Below are positions 7,434-16,353 of a DNA stretch of 16,353 nucleotides, piece by piece. Below the pieces are notes generated by a model. That model did not search any database and had not been told where the DNA came from. It saw nothing but the letters and a program-made list of their open reading frames with translations. Each line of letters starts with the position of its first letter. The first letter of the stretch is position 1. Both the position numbers and the translations under genes were made by a program. Location of the stretch: IMG/VR virus record IMGVR_UViG_2718218139_000006; one strand, given 5' to 3'. Source of the DNA: a virus. Its lineage: Duplodnaviria > Heunggongvirae > Uroviricota > Caudoviricetes.

Positions 7434-7628
7434 TCATTCTTCATCACTTTTAATTGATGTATATGCTCTCTTTTCTGACGTTAGCCTCCGACGGCAGGCT
7501 TCAATGACCCAGGCTGAGAAATTTCCGGACCCTTTTTGATCAAGAGCGATGTTAATTTGTTCAATCATTTGGTTAGGAAAGCGGATGTTGCGGGTTGTTG
7601 TTCTGCGGGTTCTGTTCTTCGTTGACAT
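7434..7628 (-). CDS. Small basic protein, YlcI/DUF3950-like, possible ribbon-helix-helix fold
   Basis: 64 aa, MSTKNRTRRTTTRNIRFPNQMIEQINIALDQKGSGNFSAWVIEACRRRL...; Arg-rich N-terminus followed by a beta-alpha-alpha-like pattern. Resembles the small protein found next to cos/nohD in DLP12-type prophages (from memory). Confidence 0.5.
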   Translation of the reverse strand: MSTKNRTRRTTTRNIRFPNQMIEQINIALDQKGSGNFSAWVIEACRRRLTSEKRAYTSIKSDEE

Positions 7629-7827
7629 GAGGTTGCCCCGTATTCAGTGTCGCTGATTTGTATTGTCTGAAGTTGTTTTTACGTTAAGTTGATGCGGATC
7701 AATTAATACGATACCTGCGTCATAATTGATTATTTGACGTGGTTTGATGGCGTAGATGCACGTTGTGACATGTAGATGATAATTATTATCATTTTGCGGG
7801 TCCTTTCCGGCGATCCGACAGGTTACG

Positions 7828-7839
7828 GGGCGGCGACCT
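7828..7839. other. cosN: the 12-nt lambda cohesive-end sequence GGGCGGCGACCT (terminase nicking site)
   Basis: Exact 12-mer, preceded by lambda right-end sequence (...TCCGACAGGTTACG) and followed by lambda left-end sequence (CGCGGGTTTTCGCTATTTATGAAAATTTTCCGG). Confidence 0.9.
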
Positions 7840-7875
7840 CGCGGGTTTTCGCTATTTATGAAAATTTTCCGGTTT

Positions 7876-7993
7876 AAGGTGTTTCCGTTCTTCTTCGTCG
7901 TAACTTAATGTTTTTATTTAAAATACCCCCTAAAAAGAAAGGAAACGACAGGTGCTGAAAGCGAGCTTTTTGGCCTCTGTCGTTTCCTTTCTC
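7876..7993 (+). promoter_or_regulatory. cosB: terminase small-subunit binding sites R3, R2, R1 with an intervening AT-rich IHF-type site (I1)
   Basis: Three copies of the CGTTTCC core: R3 about 7880-7895, R2 inverted about 7937-7952, R1 about 7975-7993, with an AT-rich segment at 7898-7927. Lies between cosN and nu1 as in lambda. Confidence 0.8.
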
Positions 7994-8016
7994 TGTTTTT
8001 GTCCGTGGAATGAACA

Positions 8017-8536
8017 ATGGAAGTCAACAAAAAGCAGCTGGCTGACATTTTCGGTTCGAGTATCCGTACCATTCAGAACTGGCAGGAACAGGGAATGCCC
8101 GTTCTGCGAGGCGGTGGCAAGGGTAATGAGGTGCTTTATGACTCTGCCGCCGTCATAAAATGGTATGCCGAAAGGGATGCTGAAATTGAGAACGAAAAGC
8201 TGCGCCGGGAGGTTGAAGAACTGCGGCAGGCCAGCGAGACAGATCTCCAGCCAGGGACTATTGAGTACGAACGCCATCGACTTACGCGTGCGCAGGCCGA
8301 CGCACAGGAGCTGAAAAATGCCAGAGACTCCGCTGAAGTGGTGGAAACCGCATTCTGTACTTTCGTGCTGTCGCGGATCGCAGGTGAAATTGCCAGTATT
8401 CTCGACGGGATCCCCCTGTCGGTGCAGCGGCGTTTTCCGGAACTGGAAAACCGACATGTTGATTTCCTGAAACGGGATATCATCAAAGCCATGAACAAAG
8501 CAGCCGCGCTGGATGAACTGATACCGGGGTTGCTGA

Positions 8537-8562
<26 letters not shown>
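8017..8562 (+). CDS. nu1: Terminase small subunit Nu1
   Basis: 181 aa, MEVNKKQLADIFGSSIRTIQNWQEQGMPVLRGGGKGNEVLYD..., matching lambda Nu1 (N-terminal winged HTH). Confidence 0.95.
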
Positions 8563-12056
<3,494 letters not shown>

Positions 12057-12060
12057 CGTC

Positions 12061-12636
12061 ATGTCAGAGCAGAAAAAGACCTGGGCGGCTGAAGACCAGC
12101 TTCGCGGGAGCTGGATGGCAGGCCTGAAGTCCGGCTGGAGTGAGTGGGAAGAGAGCGCCACGGACTGTATGTTGCAGGTAAAAAGTGCAGCCACGCAGAC
12201 CTTTGATGGTATTGCACAGAATATGGCGGCGATGCTGACCGGCAGTGAACAGAACTGGCGTAGCTTCACCCGTTCCGTGCTGTCCATGATGACAGAAATT
12301 CTGCTTAAGCAGGCAATGGTGGGGATTGTCGGGAGTATCGGCAGCGCCATTGGCGGGGCTGTTGGTGGCGGCGCATCCGCGTCAGGCGGTATGGCTTACA
12401 GCCGTGTGTCGACTTTCTCCGGGGATTATCTCCGCGTAACTGACAACAAGGGGAAAACGCACGACGTGCTGACCGGAAGTGATGACGGTCGCCACAGCAA
12501 CACGTCTCTGGCGTGGGGAGCTGGCGTGCAGTTTAACCCGACCGAATCCGTGGCCATTGATATTGCTTATGAAGGCTCCGGCAGTGGCGACTGGCGCACT
12601 GACGGTTTCATCGTGGGTGTCGGTTATAAGTTCTGA
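12061..12636 (+). pseudogene. Chimeric ORF: internal C-terminal segment of tail tape-measure H fused in frame to the C-terminal about 80 residues of outer-membrane protein Lom
   Basis: First 110 residues (MSEQKKTWAAEDQLRG...GGAVGGGASASGG) match the C-terminal region of lambda gpH; the remainder (...SLAWGAGVQFNPTESVAIDIAYEGSGSGDWRTDGFIVGVGYKF) is the Lom/Ail-family C-terminus. Junction near 12388-12393. Confidence 0.8.
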
Positions 12637-12663
12637 TTAGCCAGGTAACACAGTGTTATGACA

Positions 12664-12689
12664 GCCCGCCGGTTCAGGCGGGCTTTTTT
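12664..12689 (+). terminator. Intrinsic terminator downstream of the lom remnant
   Basis: 7-bp GC-rich stem GCCCGCC-ggttca-GGCGGGC followed by TTTTTT. Confidence 0.7.
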
Positions 12690-12700
12690 GTGGGGTGAAT

Positions 12701-15700
12701 ATGGCAGTAAAGATTTCAGGTGTACTGAAAGACGGCACAGGAAAACCGGTAGAGAACTGCACCATTCAACTGAAAGCCAGACGGACCAGCAGCACGGTGG
12801 TGGTGAACACGGTGGCCTCTGAAAATCCGGATGAAGCCGGTCGTTACAGCATGGACGTTGAGTACGGTCAGTACAGCGTCATTCTGTTGGTGGAAGGATT
12901 CCCGCCGTCACATGCCGGGACCATCACCGTGTATGAAGACTCACAACCGGGTACGCTGAATGATTTTCTTGGTGCCATGACGGAGGATGATGCCCGTCCG
13001 GAGGCACTGCGCCGTTTTGAGCTGATGGTGGAAGAGGTGGCGCGTAACGCGTCCGCGGTGGCACAAAACACGGCAGCCGCGAAGAAGTCAGCCGGCGATG
13101 CCAGCACATCTGCCAGTGAGGCGGCAACCCATGCGACTGATGCTGCAGGCTCAGCACGCGCAGCCAGCACGTCAGCCGGACAGGCCGCGTCGTCGGCTCA
13201 GTCAGCGTCTTCCAGCGCAGGAACGGCATCAACAAAGGCCACTGAAGCGGAAAAAAGTGCTGCCGCTGCAGAGTCCTCAAAAAGCGCGGCGGCCACCAGT
13301 GCCGGTGCGGCGAAAACGTCAGAAACGAATGCCGCAGCGTCACAACAATCAGCAGCCACTTCTGCATCCACCGCGACCACGAAAGCGTCAGAAGCTGCCA
13401 CCTCAGCCAGGGATGCGGCGGCCTCAAAAGAGGCAGCGAAATCATCAGAAACGAACGCATCCTCGAGCGCCAGTAGCGCAGCTTCCTCGGCAACGGCGGC
13501 AGGAAATTCCGCGAAGGCGGCAAAAACGTCCGAGACGAACGCTAAGTCTTCTGAGACGGCAGCGGAACAGAGTGCCTCCGCAGCAGCAGACTCAAAAACA
13601 GCGGCTGCATCATCTGCCAGCGCCGCGTCAACAAGTGCCGGGCAGGCCTCAGCCAGTGCCACCGCTGCCGGAAAGTCGGCAGAAAGTGCCGCATCGTCTG
13701 CTTCAACAGCCACAACGAAGGCTGGCGAAGCCACTGAACAGGCCAGCGCAGCAGCGAGTTCTGCTTCCGCAGCGAAGACATCCGAAACGAACGCGAAAGC
13801 GTCGGAAACCAGCGCAGAATCCTCAAAAACGGCTGCCGCATCGTCAGCCAGTTCGGCGGCGTCATCGGCATCATCTGCGTCTGCTTCAAAAGATGAGGCG
13901 ACCAGACAAGCGTCAGCAGCGAAGAGCAGCGCCACGACGGCATCCACGAAGGCGACAGAGGCAGCTGGCAGTGCGACGGCGGCAGCTCAGAGCAAAAGTA
14001 CGGCGGAATCCGCGGCAACGCGCGCCGAGACAGCAGCTAAACGGGCAGAGGATATTGCATCCGCCGTGGCGCTTGAGGATGCGAGCACGACGAAAAAGGG
14101 GATAGTACAGCTCAGCAGTGCGACCAACAGCACTTCCGAGTCACAGGCGGCAACGCCAAAAGCCGTTAAGGCCGCGTATGACCTGGCTAACGGGAAATAC
14201 ACCGCACAGGATGCAACGACAGCACAGAAAGGGATAATCCAGCTAAGCAGCGCGACCAACAGCACATCTGAAACGCTTGCCGCGACACCAAAGGCAGTAA
14301 AAACAGCCTATGACAATGCTGAGAAACGTCTGCAGAAAGATCAGAACGGTGCGGATATCCCTGGCAAAGACACCTTTACGAAAAATATTGGTGCCTGCCG
14401 TGCCTTCGGTGGGTCAGTAAGCACAATAACAGGAAACTGGACGACTGCACAGTTTATCGAGTGGCTGGATTCTCAGGGAGCATTTAACCATCCCTACTGG
14501 ATGTGCAAGGGTTCCTGGTCTTATGGCAATAATAAAATCATTACTGATACTGACTGCGGTAATATTCATCTCGCCGGAGCTGTCATTGAAGTAATGGGGA
14601 TAAAGTCAGCGATGACGATCCGCATTACCACACCGACCACCTCCACTGGTGGTGGAACAACTAACGCCCAGTTTACCTATATTAATCACGGAACAGATTA
14701 TTCACCTGGCTGGCGAAGGGACTATAACTCCAGAAATAAGCCAACGGCATCAGAGATCGGGGCGTTACCGTCAGGTGGAACAGCAGTATCATCAGTTAAT
14801 CTGGCTTCAAAAGGTCGGGTAACCGCGCTGACAGACAATACGCAGGGGGCAACAGGTCTTGAGTTATACGAGGTGTATAACAACGGATATCCAACAGCGT
14901 ATGGAAATATCATTCACCTGAAAGGGATGACAGCCGTTGGCGAAGGTGAGTTACTCATCGGCTGGAGTGGTACAAGCGGTGCTCATGCTCCGGCATTTAT
15001 TCGTTCACGACGGGATACGACCGACGCAAACTGGTCGCCGTGGGCGCAGCTTTACACCTCGGCTCATCCTCCTGCAGAGTTTTATCCAGTCGGTGCACCA
15101 ATCCCGTGGCCATCAGATACCGTTCCGTCTGGTTATGCCCTGATGCAGGGGCAGACTTTTGACAAATCTGCCTACCCGAAACTTGCAGCGGCTTATCCGT
15201 CAGGCGTGATCCCTGATATGCGTGGCTGGACGATTAAGGGCAAACCTGCCAGTGGTCGGGCCGTATTGTCTCAGGAACAGGACGGCATTAAATCGCATAC
15301 CCACAGCGCCAGCGCATCCAGTACGGATTTGGGGACGAAAACCACATCGTCGTTTGATTACGGCACTAAATCCACGAATAACACTGGTGCGCATACCCAT
15401 AGTTTAAGTGGCAGCACGAATGCAGCTGGTAATCACAGCCATAGAGATGGCCGTCGATTTAACCCCAGTGTTTTTAAAGATACTTATCAATATGGTTATA
15501 CAAGCTCAGGTCAAAATACCTGGGGTGTACAAGGCTCAGTAGGTATGTCTACGGGGTGGTTAGCTAATACCAGTACAGATGGTAATCATAGCCACTCACT
15601 GTCCGGCACAGCAGCATCTGCAGGTGCACACGCGCATACTGTCGGTATTGGTGCTCATACGCACTCCGTTGCGATTGGTTCACATGGACACACCATCACC

Positions 15701-15772
15701 GTTAACGCTGCTGGTAACGCGGAAAACACCGTCAAAAACATCGCATTTAACTATATTGTGAGGCTTGCATAA
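12701..15772 (+). CDS. stf: Side tail fibre protein Stf (about 1023 aa from ATG 12701), apparently full length
   Basis: N-terminus [17 protein letters not shown]...; long Ala/Ser/Thr-rich repetitive shaft; two copies of the tail-fibre repeat (G-I-[VI][11 protein letters not shown]...ATPKAVK); His-rich C-terminal tip with repeated HxH motifs ([46 protein letters not shown]), ending ...[11 protein letters not shown] as in lambda Stf / T4 gp37-type fibres. Confidence 0.9.
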   Translation: MAVKISGVLKDGTGKPVENCTIQLKARRTSSTVVVNTVASENPDEAGRYSMDVEYGQYSVILLVEGFPPSHAGTITVYEDSQPGTLNDFLGAMTEDDARPEALRRFELMVEEVARNASAVAQNTAAAKKSAGDASTSASEAATHATDAAGSARAASTSAGQAASSAQSASSSAGTASTKATEAEKSAAAAESSKSAAATSAGAAKTSETNAAASQQSAATSASTATTKASEAATSARDAAASKEAAKSSETNASSSASSAASSATAAGNSAKAAKTSETNAKSSETAAEQSASAAADSKTAAASSASAASTSAGQASASATAAGKSAESAASSASTATTKAGEATEQASAAASSASAAKTSETNAKASETSAESSKTAAASSASSAASSASSASASKDEATRQASAAKSSATTASTKATEAAGSATAAAQSKSTAESAATRAETAAKRAEDIASAVALEDASTTKKGIVQLSSATNSTSESQAATPKAVKAAYDLANGKYTAQDATTAQKGIIQLSSATNSTSETLAATPKAVKTAYDNAEKRLQKDQNGADIPGKDTFTKNIGACRAFGGSVSTITGNWTTAQFIEWLDSQGAFNHPYWMCKGSWSYGNNKIITDTDCGNIHLAGAVIEVMGIKSAMTIRITTPTTSTGGGTTNAQFTYINHGTDYSPGWRRDYNSRNKPTASEIGALPSGGTAVSSVNLASKGRVTALTDNTQGATGLELYEVYNNGYPTAYGNIIHLKGMTAVGEGELLIGWSGTSGAHAPAFIRSRRDTTDANWSPWAQLYTSAHPPAEFYPVGAPIPWPSDTVPSGYALMQGQTFDKSAYPKLAAAYPSGVIPDMRGWTIKGKPASGRAVLSQEQDGIKSHTHSASASSTDLGTKTTSSFDYGTKSTNNTGAHTHSLSGSTNAAGNHSHRDGRRFNPSVFKDTYQYGYTSSGQNTWGVQGSVGMSTGWLANTSTDGNHSHSLSGTAASAGAHAHTVGIGAHTHSVAIGSHGHTITVNAAGNAENTVKNIAFNYIVRLA
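13080..14060 (+). repeat. Low-complexity GC-rich coding repeat region inside stf (Ala/Ser/Thr-rich shaft)
   Basis: Reiterated motifs such as AKTSETNA, SSASxASTxAxxA; this region generates long artefactual ORFs in the other five frames. Confidence 0.8.
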
Positions 15773-16353
15773 TGGCATTCAGAATGAGTGAACAACCACG
15801 GACCATAAAAATTTATAATCTGCTGGCCGGAACTAATGAATTTATTGGTGAAGGTGACGCATATATTCCGCCTCATACAGGTCTGCCAGCAAACAGTACC
15901 GATATTGCACCACCAGATATTCCTGCTGGCTTTGTGGCTGTTTTCAACAGTGATGAGGCATCGTGGCATCTCGTTGAAGACCATCGGGGTAAAACGGTTT
16001 ATGACGTAGCGTCAGGGGACGCGTTATTTATTTCTGAACTCGGTCCGTTACCGGAAAATGTTACCTGGTTATCGCCGGAAGGGGAGTTTCAGAAGTGGAA
16101 CGGCACAGCCTGGGTGAAAGATGCAGAAGCAGAAAAACTGTTCCGGATCCGGGAGGCGGAAGAAACAAAAAACAGCCTGATGCAGGTAGCCAGTGAGCAT
16201 ATTGCGCCACTTCAGGATGCTGTAGATCTGGAGATCGCAACGGAGGAAGAAAACTCGTTGCTGGAAGCCTGGAAGAAGTATCGGGTGTTGCTGAACCGTG
16301 TTGATACATCAACTGCACCTGATATTGAGTGGCCTGTAATACCAGAAGTTTAA
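15772..16353 (+). CDS. tfa: Tail fibre assembly protein Tfa (chaperone)
   Basis: 193 aa, [79 protein letters not shown]..., matching lambda Tfa. TAATG overlap with the stf stop. Confidence 0.9.
   Translation: MAFRMSEQPRTIKIYNLLAGTNEFIGEGDAYIPPHTGLPANSTDIAPPDIPAGFVAVFNSDEASWHLVEDHRGKTVYDVASGDALFISELGPLPENVTWLSPEGEFQKWNGTAWVKDAEAEKLFRIREAEETKNSLMQVASEHIAPLQDAVDLEIATEEENSLLEAWKKYRVLLNRVDTSTAPDIEWPVIPEV

Noticed and set aside
7930-8498. Minus-strand ORFs 7930-8457 (175 aa) and 8136-8498 (120 aa)
   Set aside because: Antisense to nu1 and running through cosB; the region is explained by nu1 and the cos sites.
13098-14105. 335-aa Arg/Pro/Gln-rich ORF on the plus strand, plus several long minus-strand ORFs (12868-13170, 12924-13523, 13198-13947, 13542-14018, 13987-14265)
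   Set aside because: All lie in alternative frames of the GC-rich, low-complexity Ala/Ser/Thr repeat region of stf. Their compositions (poly-Arg/Pro, poly-Ala/Asp) are the expected frame-shifted or reverse-complement images of GCN/TCN-rich coding sequence, not independent genes.

Overview
This window is a decayed, mosaic lambdoid prophage (Escherichia/Shigella-type), laid out in integrated-prophage order: integrase, excisionase, a short early-left accessory stretch, a Q-like gene, the lysis cassette, bor, the cos site, terminase genes, then tail-fibre genes. The right two-thirds (R, Rz/Rz1, bor, cos, nu1, A, W, B, the end of H, the end of lom, stf, tfa) look near-identical to phage lambda; the left third (int, xis, three small minus-strand genes, Q-like gene, holin) is from a different lambdoid lineage. 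All identifications come from reading the translations against remembered lambda proteins, not from a database search. The element is clearly defective: an IS600-like IS3-family element (941-2204, 3-bp CTT target duplication) splits the integrase, the portal gene B has an in-frame ochre stop, and two internal deletions (B to H, H to lom) removed the entire head and tail morphogenesis region. Still apparently intact are the cos site with nu1/A/W, the lysis genes, bor, and long stf and tfa tail-fibre genes. I found no CRISPR array, tRNA or rRNA, and no confidently novel system. The best leads for follow-up are the uncharacterised small-gene cluster at 2776-4191 (including a TraR/DksA-like zinc-finger protein), a nested dyad element at 6209-6274, the chimeric H'-'lom ORF, and the orphan long tail-fibre module.
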